A model generated the notes under the pieces. The model was not told where the DNA came from and ran no database searches. It worked only from the letters and a program-made list of their open reading frames with translations. This document shows, piece by piece, positions 1-8,378 of a stretch of 53,370 bases of DNA. Source of the DNA: a virus (taxonomy: Duplodnaviria > Caudoviricetes); the IMG/VR virus record IMGVR_UViG_3300010362_000020, positions 1 to 53,370 of that record, one strand, 5' to 3'. The translations under genes and the position numbers were made by a program. Within the stretch, counting starts at the first letter, position 1. Every line of letters begins with the position of its first letter.

Positions 1-1917
1 ATGCAGCCGGTCGTCGACATCCAGCCGCCGCTCGGTGCCCTCGACGTAGGTGCCCTTCACTTTGCCGATGGCTCGGTAGTCGAGGAGGGACTGGTAGAAG
101 GGGTCTCCGGTGGTGCGGGCGAGGCGTTCGAGGGTTTCGCGGTTGGTGCTCTCCTCGCTCTGGCTCTTCTTGGCGCGCCCGGGTTTGTGCTTGCGGGACT
201 TGATGTAGGCGAGGACTTGCGGGACCGAGTCGGGGTTGAAGGGCTCCTGCCAGAACCAGCGGTGGACGCTGACGACAGCGAGATCAAGTCCACCACCACC
301 TGATTCAGCTTGTCCTTCAGCTTCCGCAACAGCGGGGCGTGGGCGGGCCACTCCACGATCCAGTCGTCCAGCCGCTGGTGCAGGGCAACGATGTTTTCGA
401 GATACTTCGATAGCACCGCATCCTCGGCAGACGAGGACCTCGCGGAGGACGATCTTCTCGATGACTTTCGCGCGGGCATACAGCTCCTGTTTCAGTTCAG
501 CGGTGGGTTTGCCCTTCCGTGGCGTCCCCTTCCGGGTGAACGCACTCGCCTTGACGTGGAGCACGGTGGCCGCGGGTGGACGCGTCAGGCCTTGCTTGGG
601 GGTGAGCGGTGCCAGCGCCTCGGGCACGCAGGCCTGGAGCGCCTGGAGCCGCTCGCGCGCCTTGTCGGCGAGCTCCTGCTTGAACACCAGGAGCCGCGGC
701 CGATCGACCTTCAACCCGACCAGCTGGGCGGGTCGCAGCACCTCGGAGAGCAGCTTGTGCGTGTGGCGCATCGCCATCGTGTACTGGCCCTGGGCGATCA
801 GGTCGCCCACCACGCCGAAGCCGACGCGGTGCGTCTGCAGGCCGTCGACCGCGCCGTAGGTCGCGGGGTCGTCGTCGGCGGTGTGCTTCCACGGCCCGTA
901 CGCACTGTAGAAGGGCGCCCAGAACCCGAGCCCCCGCGGCAGGTCGCTCTGCAGGAAGTGGGCGAGCCACATCAGGTCGACCACCTGCACCGAACCGGCC
1001 TCGGTCATCAGCCTCGCATGCACCTGGCGCCCGAAGTCGTACTCGCGGTTCCACATCCATATGCATCCTGGCGACGCATACAGGCGGCGGAGCTCGTCGA
1101 GATACGGCCCGGCGTGCGGCACGGTGATCCCCTCATCGGGATGGCACGCCAGGTTGTGCCGGAGCAGCTGGTAGCTGACGTCGTCGGCGGTGATCTCGCC
1201 TTCGTCCTTGCCGCCGGCCTTGTCCGGCGTCTCGACGTCGCTGCTGATCGGATAGGCCGCCGGGTCCTGCATCCGCGCCGCTACCACCGTATCGACCCAG
1301 GCGCGGAACCACTCGACCGGCGGATCGATGACCAGGGAGTGCTCGCTCGCCGGCTTCCCGTGGTCGCGCGCTTCCTCCGCGCGCCGGAGATCCCAGAGCA
1401 CCGTGCCGATCAGGTTCGTGGCGCCGCGCTGCAGGAAGCTCGGGTGATAGGTCGGCACCACCCAGAAGCGATCGGTCGGGTCGCGGACGATCGAGCCGTG
1501 GAAGTCCTGCACCCGCACCTTCCGCTTGTGCTCCAGGTGCAGCACGCGCCGCAGCGCGCTCGCGCCCATCGCCACCACCACCGGGTGCCGCTCGGCGAGC
1601 GACGTCTCCAGGTAGGGGCAGTGCGCCATCGCGCTGTAGTACCAGGGCGCGCGCTCGTCGAACCAGTTGCCGGGTGGCTGACAGCTGATCGTGTTGTGGA
1701 CCCGGATCGCGTCGCGGCTCCACCCCAGGAGGTTCAGCAGGCGCGTCAGCATCCCGCCGGCGTCGCCCATGAACGGACGCCCGACCGCCGCCTCGACGTC
1801 GCCGAGCGCTTCGCCGACCAGGAGCAGCCAGCTGCCGCTCGGCCCATCGGCCGGGGCGAAGCCGCGCCCTCGCTCGTCGAGCACGCAGCCGCGGCAGCCG
1901 GGAGGATGCGGGAGCAC
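1..1917 (-). CDS. polA: Family A DNA polymerase with N-terminal family-4-like uracil-DNA glycosylase and 3'-5' exonuclease domains (SPO1-type architecture), partial at the left edge
   Basis: Manual translation from GTG 1917, which overlaps the upstream TAG. UDG motifs: CRGC, LLVGEALG, GRPFMG, HNTISCQPP, TYHPS. Exonuclease motifs: SDVET, WNREYD, YGAVD. PolA region: FNPDS...LLDYR..KVKGTY..DDRLH. The frame has no stop inside the window. Confidence 0.9.
   Translation of the reverse strand, partial: MLPHPPGCRGCVLDERGRGFAPADGPSGSWLLLVGEALGDVEAAVGRPFMGDAGGMLTRLLNLLGWSRDAIRVHNTISCQPPGNWFDERAPWYYSAMAHCPYLETSLAERHPVVVAMGASALRRVLHLEHKRKVRVQDFHGSIVRDPTDRFWVVPTYHPSFLQRGATNLIGTVLWDLRRAEEARDHGKPASEHSLVIDPPVEWFRAWVDTVVAARMQDPAAYPISSDVETPDKAGGKDEGEITADDVSYQLLRHNLACHPDEGITVPHAGPYLDELRRLYASPGCIWMWNREYDFGRQVHARLMTEAGSVQVVDLMWLAHFLQSDLPRGLGFWAPFYSAYGPWKHTADDDPATYGAVDGLQTHRVGFGVVGDLIAQGQYTMAMRHTHKLLSEVLRPAQLVGLKVDRPRLLVFKQELADKARERLQALQACVPEALAPLTPKQGLTRPPAATVLHVKASAFTRKGTPRKGKPTAELKQELYARAKVIEKIVLREVLVCRGCGAIEVSRKHRCPAPAAGRLDRGVARPRPAVAEAEGQAESGGGGLDLAVVSVHRWFWQEPFNPDSVPQVLAYIKSRKHKPGRAKKSQSEESTNRETLERLARTTGDPFYQSLLDYRAIGKVKGTYVEGTERRLDVDDRLH
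57..416 (-). CDS. Possible overprinted small protein in an alternative frame of polA
   Basis: GC3 bias switches to this frame over about 270-416. GTG 416 is preceded by GAGG (alternative ATG at 479). Helical-looking LSKYLENIVALHQRLDDWIVEW..LLRKLKDKLNQ. Confidence 0.3.
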   Translation of the reverse strand: MLSKYLENIVALHQRLDDWIVEWPAHAPLLRKLKDKLNQVVVDLISLSSASTAGSGRSPSTPTRSRKSSPTSSPASTNPGAPRRARARRAPTAKPSNASPAPPETPSTSPSSTTEPSAK

Positions 1918-2312
1918 TACTCGACCTGCGCCGCGCGCTTCCAGTCGACGATCCAGGTGTGCAGCACACCGGGCTGCGTGTCGTAGAAGATCGGCAGGCC
2001 GAGGTCAACCGCGAGCTGGTGTTCCGCACACGCGCCCTGGCTCGCTTGCCAGTCGCTCACCATCAGCACGGCGTCGCTGCGCCGGAGCAGTTCCAGGTCC
2101 CCGAGCAGCCAGACGTCGTCGGCCGCCTCGCCGTCGAAGAGCATCGTGTTGCCGTGGGGACAGAGGGCGACCGCGCCCGCCCTCCACACCATGAGCGCAG
2201 CGTCCTGCGCGCGCCAGATGTTGGCGAGCACGCGCCGCACCGTGGGCGCGCGGTAGGGGCCGGCGATGTAGACCACTGGCAGGATGAGCGGGGTGGTGGG
2301 CGAGGACGGCAT
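1917..2312 (-). CDS. DUF4406/DUF1937-like (nucleoside 2-deoxyribosyltransferase-like fold) protein
   Basis: VYIAGPY, CPH, DLELLRRSDAV, W..SQGACAE, LGLPIF motifs. Confidence 0.75.
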   Translation of the reverse strand: MPSSPTTPLILPVVYIAGPYRAPTVRRVLANIWRAQDAALMVWRAGAVALCPHGNTMLFDGEAADDVWLLGDLELLRRSDAVLMVSDWQASQGACAEHQLAVDLGLPIFYDTQPGVLHTWIVDWKRAAQVE

Positions 2313-2315
2313 CGT

Positions 2316-2624
2316 TCACCGTCCTCGCGGGTCCCAGCCCTCGTAGCGGCGTCGCGATCGGTAGTGGCCGTCGCGCGCGTGCTCGATGTTGTTGACCGCG
2401 CGCTTCTGCGCCTCGGTCACCTGCCGACGGTGCAGCACCGTCTCGCGGATGCCGTTCAGGGTCTCAACGGCCCAGTCGAAGTTGCCGCTCGCCTGCAGGT
2501 CGTCGATCAGGCCGACGAAGGAGTACCACTCTGTGTCACGGACGTCGGCGCTCTCCGGGGCTTCCACCCGGCGCTCGATCGGTGTATCGTCGAGCTTTCG
2601 GAGGTCGTCGATCCGTTTGCCCAC
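2316..2624 (-). CDS. Hypothetical protein; paralogous to the C-terminal domain of 5679..6059
   Basis: GGAGG RBS, operon position, shared T..Q..(A/S)V.NI motif. Confidence 0.7.
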   Translation of the reverse strand: MGKRIDDLRKLDDTPIERRVEAPESADVRDTEWYSFVGLIDDLQASGNFDWAVETLNGIRETVLHRRQVTEAQKRAVNNIEHARDGHYRSRRRYEGWDPRGR

Positions 2625-2639
2625 CTCGGCCTCCTTCCA

Positions 2640-2918
2640 CCCTGCTGAACCCGCAAAAAGTTCCAGTTGGATTCATGGCGGTGGACGGGCCGAAATACCT
2701 CGAAAATCCTCAGAAAAGTTGGCTTTTTCGTAAGCATTTACCCGAACCTGTAAGCCGTGTCGGTGCAACACGTTACGGGTTTTCAGTTGGGAAGTTGTGA
2801 GGCGATTGGGACCCCATTTCGAGTTGGGGAACTGTGCTGATAAGCGGGCATGCGGTCTCCCAACACGACGCCAATCGCAGGCGTACCGCAGGATTCTTCG
2901 TCTGTTGGTACTTCGCAG
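2640..2918. other. AT-richer non-coding region; probable attP arm/accessory sites
   Basis: AGTTGG at 2665, 2717, 2785 and 2822; imperfect hairpin at about 2746-2782; adjacent to the tRNA and integrase. Confidence 0.45.
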
Positions 2919-2995
2919 GCCGACGTAGCTCAATTCGGTAGAGCACCGGTTTCGTAAACCGGGGGTTATCGGTTCAAGTCCGATCGTCGGCTCCA
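2919..2995 (+). tRNA. tRNA-Thr(CGT), complete with encoded CCA
   Basis: Acceptor stem GCCGACG/CGTCGGC, D arm GCTC/GAGC, anticodon arm CCGGT-TTCGTAA-ACCGG, T loop TTCAAGT, 3' TCCA. Confidence 0.96.
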
Positions 2996-2998
2996 CTC

Positions 2999-4285
2999 TC
3001 ATTCCTGCCCCTTCGCGAGCAGGTTCTCTTCGACCAGCCGCACCCACTTGATGTAGTGCTTTCGGGTCGTCTCGGTGTCTTCGTGGCCGAGCATCATCGA
3101 CACCCACCCGAGCGGCTTCCCCTCCAGCAACGCGAGGGTCGCGAAGGTGTCGCGCAGGCAGTGAATCGTGAATCGCTTCCCCGTCTGCCCCTTGAGGGAC
3201 AGCGCCTCGCAGCCCTTGCGGAATGCGCCATACACGACCTTATCGGGGCGGCGCGGTGAGAGCACGCTCGTCAGGACGCAGTGCTGCGGTTCCTTGATCG
3301 GGCGCCGCCCGCGCTTCAACCAGGCCTCCCGGTTGGCGACCTTCAGCTTCCCGTACACTTCGACGACCCGTGGGCTCAGGTCGACGTACTGGTCGGCGCG
3401 GTGCGTCTTCGTATCCTTCTCGCCGACCCCGCGCTCATGACCGTCCTGCAGCTCCATCTTGCGGTGCGCTGCCGAAAACGCCTCGACGACGTGTCCTTTG
3501 CCGCCACTGAGATCCAGGTGGTCCCACTTCAGCGCGCAGGCCTCGCCGATGCGCGAGCCTTCGTCGGCGAGCCAGACGAAGAGGGGATACAGCTCGGGGT
3601 AATGCGCGTGCTGCCACTTCAGGAACGCGTCGACCTGCACGCGTGTCATCGGGTTCGGTTGTTGGTGCAGGACGATCCGCTTCTCGTTTTCGTTGCGGAC
3701 GTACTTGCCGATGCCTTCCGCGGGGTTGACGGTGAACTGCCCCGGCGGAAGCTCGTTCTTGGCCCACCCGAAAAACGCACTCAGCGTCGCCTGGCAGGCG
3801 AGCCGCGTCGGCAGCGGCACCTTGTTCTTCGCCAGCTGCACCTTCAGCACGTCCTTGATCCGCTGCCCGGTCATCGTCTCGTTGTGCATCGGCCAGCTGC
3901 GCATGATCGGCAGCAGGTGGTTCTTGAGCAGCCCCTTGTAGCCGAGGTACGTTGCCGCGGTACACATCTCCTTGACGTGTTCGGTGAGCCAACGCTGCGT
4001 CATCGTCTCGAACAGCACCGTGCCCTTGGGTGCCTGCGGCAGTGCGGGCACATTGAGCGCCCGCTTCAACCGCAGCTCGCGCTCGTACGACTCGCGCATC
4101 CCCATGACCTCCGCGGCGGCGTAGGGATAATGCGCTTCGGCTTCCGCCTCAGTCGCGAAGAACTTCGCCCCGGGGTGGCGTTCGCCGCCCAGACGCAGGT
4201 CGATGAAGACCCCCCAGGGGAGTTGTCCCCGAGCGGCGCGTTTCGCCTCGAAGCGAATCGTGAGGCCGGGCACCCGCGCTACCAT
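2999..4285 (-). CDS. int: Tyrosine integrase
   Basis: Catalytic set GSRIGEACALKW (R), KT, HCLR, LGH, ..HY; AGGAGG RBS; ends 3 nt from the tRNA CCA. Confidence 0.95.
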   Translation of the reverse strand: MVARVPGLTIRFEAKRAARGQLPWGVFIDLRLGGERHPGAKFFATEAEAEAHYPYAAAEVMGMRESYERELRLKRALNVPALPQAPKGTVLFETMTQRWLTEHVKEMCTAATYLGYKGLLKNHLLPIMRSWPMHNETMTGQRIKDVLKVQLAKNKVPLPTRLACQATLSAFFGWAKNELPPGQFTVNPAEGIGKYVRNENEKRIVLHQQPNPMTRVQVDAFLKWQHAHYPELYPLFVWLADEGSRIGEACALKWDHLDLSGGKGHVVEAFSAAHRKMELQDGHERGVGEKDTKTHRADQYVDLSPRVVEVYGKLKVANREAWLKRGRRPIKEPQHCVLTSVLSPRRPDKVVYGAFRKGCEALSLKGQTGKRFTIHCLRDTFATLALLEGKPLGWVSMMLGHEDTETTRKHYIKWVRLVEENLLAKGQE

Positions 4286-4294
4286 GACGCCCTC

Positions 4295-4609
4295 CTATTT
4301 GCCGAACGCGCGGCGGATCCAGCGGGTGTCGGTAATGGGATCGGGCGTCGGTTCGGCACGCGACGTCGGGTTGAACGCCCGCATCCACGCATCGAACTCG
4401 GTCTTCCGCACGAGCACGCGCCCGCGCGTCTTGCCCGCGATACGCACCTCGTGGTGCGGTAGCGGGTGCTCGGCGTCGTGGAGATAGCGCCGCAGCGTAC
4501 TCCGCGAGAGTCCGCTGTAGCGTACGAGCCGATCGAGATTGAAGTAACCCACGTCCTTGTCGTCGTCGTCGTCGTCGTGTGCATGCTTAGCCTCCACCTT
4601 TTCGCGCAT
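4295..4609 (-). CDS. xis: Excisionase-like (HTH_17/AlpA-type) DNA-binding protein
   Basis: YFNLDRLVRYSGLSRSTLRRY...RVLVRKTEFDAW; directly upstream of int; ATG 4609 preceded by GAGGT. Confidence 0.75.
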   Translation of the reverse strand: MREKVEAKHAHDDDDDDKDVGYFNLDRLVRYSGLSRSTLRRYLHDAEHPLPHHEVRIAGKTRGRVLVRKTEFDAWMRAFNPTSRAEPTPDPITDTRWIRRAFGK

Positions 4610-4799
4610 GTGGCACCTCGATCCCCTTCTCTTGTTCCGCCCAGAGGCGCAACGCACGCTCGATCTGGGCGCTGTAGGGGACGCCGTCCCGCTCACGGAT
4701 GGCTTCGAGCAGGGCGCGCGTCTCCTCCGTGACAGAGACGTTCATCTGAATCCTGTTCTTCCCGGTATGGGACCTACGTGGCTTCTTCGGTTGTGTCAT
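4587..4799 (-). CDS. Ribbon-helix-helix DNA-binding protein
   Basis: IQMNVSVTEETRALLEAIRERDGVPYSAQIERAL fits the RHH pattern. Confidence 0.7.
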   Translation of the reverse strand: MTQPKKPRRSHTGKNRIQMNVSVTEETRALLEAIRERDGVPYSAQIERALRLWAEQEKGIEVPHARKGGG

Positions 4800-4839
4800 G
4801 TAGGGCACTGTATCACACCGTGCCCTGCCGTGTCTTCCG

Positions 4840-4941
4840 CTACCTCCGGCGGCTCGCGTAGTGCCACCAGCGCTCGACGAGCACGCCGAGCACCAGCAGC
4901 ACGATCGCCGCGAGCAACCGCCCCCCGATCTCGATCTCCAT
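4840..4941 (-). CDS. Small membrane peptide
   Basis: MEIEIGGRLLAAIVLLVLGVLVERWW; TGATG coupling. Confidence 0.55.
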   Translation of the reverse strand: MEIEIGGRLLAAIVLLVLGVLVERWWHYASRRR

Positions 4942-5096
4942 CACGCCCCCAGCAGTCGGTCGATCTCCTCTTCGGCCTTCGCCAACGCGAGGTAGATCCG
5001 GCGCGCGAACTGCACCAATTCTGGGAGGTAATGCGGGACCGAGGCGTCCAACTGGCTCTCGATCTCGTCCAGCCACTGCAAGGGCACCCTATCCAT
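4941..5096 (-). CDS. Small hypothetical protein (51 aa)
   Basis: Manual translation MDRVPLQWLDEIESQLD...; RBS present; coupled to the downstream ORF. Confidence 0.55.
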   Translation of the reverse strand: MDRVPLQWLDEIESQLDASVPHYLPELVQFARRIYLALAKAEEEIDRLLGA

Positions 5097-5108
5097 CGTG
5101 TCCCCCTC

Positions 5109-5675
5109 TCATGTCCTCTCCGTGCGCCGGGTGAGCACCAGGCTCGCCAGGCTGTGGTCCTCCAGGTAGTTGCCGTGATACGTCCAGTCGGTCCCGCCGA
5201 AGGTCTCGAAGCCCACCCGCCTGGCGTCGCGGATCAACCGCTGGTAGCTGTGCGCCGAGTAGATCCGCAGCCGTTCGTCGTGCCCCGCCGCCGTGTCCTC
5301 GCCCTCGGCGTCCCAGTACGCGAAGGTCAGCACCAACAGCCCGTGCCGCCCGAGGATCTGCTTGGCCTGCGACAGGAACTTCACCGGCGCCTCGATCCGA
5401 TCGAGCACGCAGAGCCCGTAGACCGCCGGCACCAGCCCGGCCCCGTTGATCGGCTTCTCCTCGTCCCGCTGCCAGTAGGTCGCCGTCGGCCCCGGCGCCA
5501 GGAACTCGACCCCCGAGTAGTTCACGACCAGGCTCCCTTCCCGTGTGCGCAGATGCTGCGCCGCGGTCCACTGCGCCCAGGCCTGATCGGCCAGCTGCTG
5601 CTGCCACGCGGCGACGGTCACGCACTGCGGGAAGTCTCGGAGGTTGCACGTGCGGGACAACGGCAGCGTGACCAT
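5109..5675 (-). CDS. Class I SAM-methyltransferase-like protein (degenerate motif I)
   Basis: VYGLCVLDRI...FLSQAKQILGRHGLLVLTF resembles the C-terminal strands of Methyltransf_11; no clear GxGxG. Confidence 0.45.
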   Translation of the reverse strand: MVTLPLSRTCNLRDFPQCVTVAAWQQQLADQAWAQWTAAQHLRTREGSLVVNYSGVEFLAPGPTATYWQRDEEKPINGAGLVPAVYGLCVLDRIEAPVKFLSQAKQILGRHGLLVLTFAYWDAEGEDTAAGHDERLRIYSAHSYQRLIRDARRVGFETFGGTDWTYHGNYLEDHSLASLVLTRRTERT

Positions 5676-5678
5676 TGG

Positions 5679-6059
5679 TCACCATCTGCAGGCTCGGATG
5701 TTTTGCACGCTCCGCCACTGCTTCGGCGTAATGTGGTGTTTCGTACGCACCCACCGCCGCACACTCCGCAGGAAGTTGCCTCCGTACGCGTACGCGGGAT
5801 CCGCGAGTAGCGTCTCGATCGCCTTCAGTGCCGTCTCCCAATCGGGCGGCAGATCGTCGTAGCGCGTTGCCGCGGGTCGTGCTGGCGGCGCGTACGGCTC
5901 CTGCTGCTCTTGCCGCCTAGGACGCTGCCGCTCGACCACCTCGAACTCATGCGTCATGATGAGCACGCACGCCTTGCGAGCCGCTGATCGCGCCTCTTCC
6001 TCTGAGGGATTGTTCACCGCCAGGGCAATCAGCTTGCGCGTCTGATCGAGCACTTTCAT
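5679..6059 (-). CDS. DUF2786-like N-terminal domain protein
   Basis: RKLIALA..NPSEEEARSAARKA..L motif; ATGA coupling with the helicase stop. Confidence 0.6.
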   Translation of the reverse strand: MKVLDQTRKLIALAVNNPSEEEARSAARKACVLIMTHEFEVVERQRPRRQEQQEPYAPPARPAATRYDDLPPDWETALKAIETLLADPAYAYGGNFLRSVRRWVRTKHHITPKQWRSVQNIRACRW

Positions 6060-7600
6060 AGCCACTCCCGCAGCCGCGGGTCGGTCGTACACCGCTCGAC
6101 AATCGCCCCCGGGCTCCCGACCAGCCGCAACCCCGCCGCCGTCCGCGCCCTCGACAGCGCGACGTACAACATCCCCGGCGACTTGAAGAAGTGATCGCGG
6201 ATGTTGACCTGGACCTTGTCGAGGCTCAGCCCCTGGCTCTTATGCACGGTCGATGCATATGCAACTCGCAACGGCATGTAGCTGATGGCGCCGACGATCT
6301 CCCACTTGCCGTCGATGCGGTCGCCCTTCCCCTCTCGCAGCAGCTCGGCGCGCCGCACGCTGTCGCACGGCACCTTGACCTCGCGCGTCACCGGCAGCAC
6401 TTCCACCGTCTGGCGCGTGCGCTGCAGCCGCACCCAGGCGCTGCCGTCCTGCGCATCGATCACCGTGCCCAGATCGCCGTTGACGTACACCAGCTGTCGC
6501 GGGTGGTCCTCGGTGCGCCGGTTCGCCAGCACCATCACCAAGGCGCCGATCTTCAGCGGCAGCACCTCGGGGATGCCCCAGGTGTGCTTCGGCTTCTCCA
6601 GCGTGCCCCACTCGCTGCGGAGCTTCCCCCACCGCGCACTCGGGAAGTTCACGTCGTGTCCCGGCAGCTGCGCCATGCGGAGCCCGTTGTAGCGGTCGAC
6701 GCTCTCGTTCTTGGCGACGATCGTCGGGCCGTCGTAGCGGTCGTCGGTCTCGGCGGCGATCGCACTCCGGTCGCCGAAGTACTCCGCCACCTGGTGGCCC
6801 CGCCCGGCGCGGGCCGCGCGCAGCATCTGGATGAACTCCGGGTCACTCTGCCGGCGGATCTCGGTCAGCGTGACCGCGCTGCCGGCGAAGCGATCCCACT
6901 CGGGCGACTCAAACGCGTAGGTCGCCTTCACCGGCGCGAGCTGCAGGAAGTCGCCGACCAGCGTCAGGCCCATGGCGGGCGGCGGCGCGTCGTCGCCGTC
7001 GGTCCACTTGCCGAGGACGTAACCGCGGCCGTTCACCTCCTCGATGGCCTTCACCAGGTAGGTAAGCTGGTCGCCCGCCAGCATGCTCACCTCGTCGAGT
7101 ACCAGGCGCCGGACGCCGGCGCGCCACAGCCGTCCGAGCTGCGCGGTGAGCGCGCCGTTGATGTACTTCTCCTGCAGGCTCGCGGTGTCGAAGTAGCCGA
7201 GGATCGAGTTGATCGTCTCGCCGCCGAGATTGATCGCGGCGATCCCGGTGGTGGCGGCGAGCAGCAGCCCGGGCTCCTCCTCGGCCCAGGCCTTGGTCAG
7301 AAACGTCTTGCCGCTCCCGGCGGCGCCAAAGAGCCCGGAGAAGGGCTGGCCGAGCGCGGCCCGGATCTCCTCCGGCGTGCGCACCTCGGGGAGCGCGGCG
7401 GCGGGGAACGGCAGCGGCGGCTCCACCTCCACGACCGCCGCGCCTGTCGTCTTGCGGACGACGGGGATGACGGGCGCGGGCTCGGGGGGCGGGTCCTCGC
7501 GACGCCGCGGCATGACGACGGGCGGCGGCGCCGGGGAGACCGGGCCGCTCGTCCGTCCGAACACGAGCTCGGGATCAGGAGGCGCGTTCTGGCGGATCAT
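6056..7600 (-). CDS. Pif1/RecD-like SF1B helicase
   Basis: GAAGSGKT, DEVSM, GDFLQL, RRQSD, YASTVHKSQG, YVALSRAR. Confidence 0.92.
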   Translation of the reverse strand: MIRQNAPPDPELVFGRTSGPVSPAPPPVVMPRRREDPPPEPAPVIPVVRKTTGAAVVEVEPPLPFPAAALPEVRTPEEIRAALGQPFSGLFGAAGSGKTFLTKAWAEEEPGLLLAATTGIAAINLGGETINSILGYFDTASLQEKYINGALTAQLGRLWRAGVRRLVLDEVSMLAGDQLTYLVKAIEEVNGRGYVLGKWTDGDDAPPPAMGLTLVGDFLQLAPVKATYAFESPEWDRFAGSAVTLTEIRRQSDPEFIQMLRAARAGRGHQVAEYFGDRSAIAAETDDRYDGPTIVAKNESVDRYNGLRMAQLPGHDVNFPSARWGKLRSEWGTLEKPKHTWGIPEVLPLKIGALVMVLANRRTEDHPRQLVYVNGDLGTVIDAQDGSAWVRLQRTRQTVEVLPVTREVKVPCDSVRRAELLREGKGDRIDGKWEIVGAISYMPLRVAYASTVHKSQGLSLDKVQVNIRDHFFKSPGMLYVALSRARTAAGLRLVGSPGAIVERCTTDPRLREWL

Positions 7601-7613
7601 GAAGCCCTCCTCC

Positions 7614-7889
7614 TCAGAGCGCGCGCGAGATGTGTTCCGCGCGTTTGCCTCGCGGCACCTCCCGGCACTCGAACTCGACGAGGCTGCCCGGGAGCAGCTC
7701 GCGCATCGTCAACCCGCCGTCGAGCCCGCTGGTGTGGAAGAAGAAGTCCTGCCCGACGTCCTCCACGGCGCCTTCGGTACAGCGGATGAAGCCGAACCCC
7801 CGTTCGGGGTAGGTGTGCTGGACGGTACCCCGCGCCCGTCCAGGACTGATGGTTGCCTCTGGCTGTCGCTGCTGCTGCTTGCCGCCCAC
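7614..7889 (-). CDS. Cold-shock domain protein
   Basis: RNP1 RGFGFI and RNP2 DFFFH. Confidence 0.85.
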   Translation of the reverse strand: MGGKQQQRQPEATISPGRARGTVQHTYPERGFGFIRCTEGAVEDVGQDFFFHTSGLDGGLTMRELLPGSLVEFECREVPRGKRAEHISRAL

Positions 7890-7948
7890 GGTCGCCTCCC
7901 CTCTCATCGTTCGCACGAGGGCTGGGATCCCCCGTCGTCGTCGTTGGT

Positions 7949-8143
7949 TTACTCGCTCGCCGCCACCGCGGCCGCCATCGGCGGCGCCGCCTTCTTCGGC
8001 ACCGGCCGCGGCCGTGGCCGTGCGGTGGGCTGTCGGGCCCGCAGGACCTGCTGCGCGAGCGCCAGCGCCTGCTGCGCCAGCGGGAGCTCGGCCTCCTGGA
8101 AGTACTTGAGGACCGCGATCACCGGATCACGTTTCTTCGACAT
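7949..8143 (-). CDS. Hypothetical protein
   Basis: RBS and operon context. Confidence 0.6.
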   Translation of the reverse strand: MSKKRDPVIAVLKYFQEAELPLAQQALALAQQVLRARQPTARPRPRPVPKKAAPPMAAAVAASE

Positions 8144-8378
8144 GGGTGCCTCCTCTCAACAGGGTCTTCAATAGTTCCGGGTGCTCGTCGATCAGCTGGA
8201 CGACATCCCACACGCCCTGCAGGTAGCAGCTGCGCGCAACGCGCTCGACCATGTGCGTGGCAAGGCCGGCGTGGAGGCCGGCGCGGCGGACGATCGCGTC
8301 GATGCGGTGATCGGCGAAGTCCGCGTGGTGCTGGGGAATGTGCAGCGTCTCGATGTCATTCCAGGGACGTCTCGGCAT
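8127..8378 (-). CDS. Hypothetical protein
   Basis: Overlaps neighbouring ORFs; protein-like composition. Confidence 0.6.
   Translation of the reverse strand: MPRRPWNDIETLHIPQHHADFADHRIDAIVRRAGLHAGLATHMVERVARSCYLQGVWDVVQLIDEHPELLKTLLRGGTHVEET

Noticed and set aside
310-1986. 558-aa plus-strand ORF
   Set aside because: Antisense shadow of the UDG-PolA gene; no recognisable motifs
2996-4840. int-xis-RHH as a separate mini-element inserted in the tRNA
   Set aside because: No duplicated tRNA 3' end at the right side of the module
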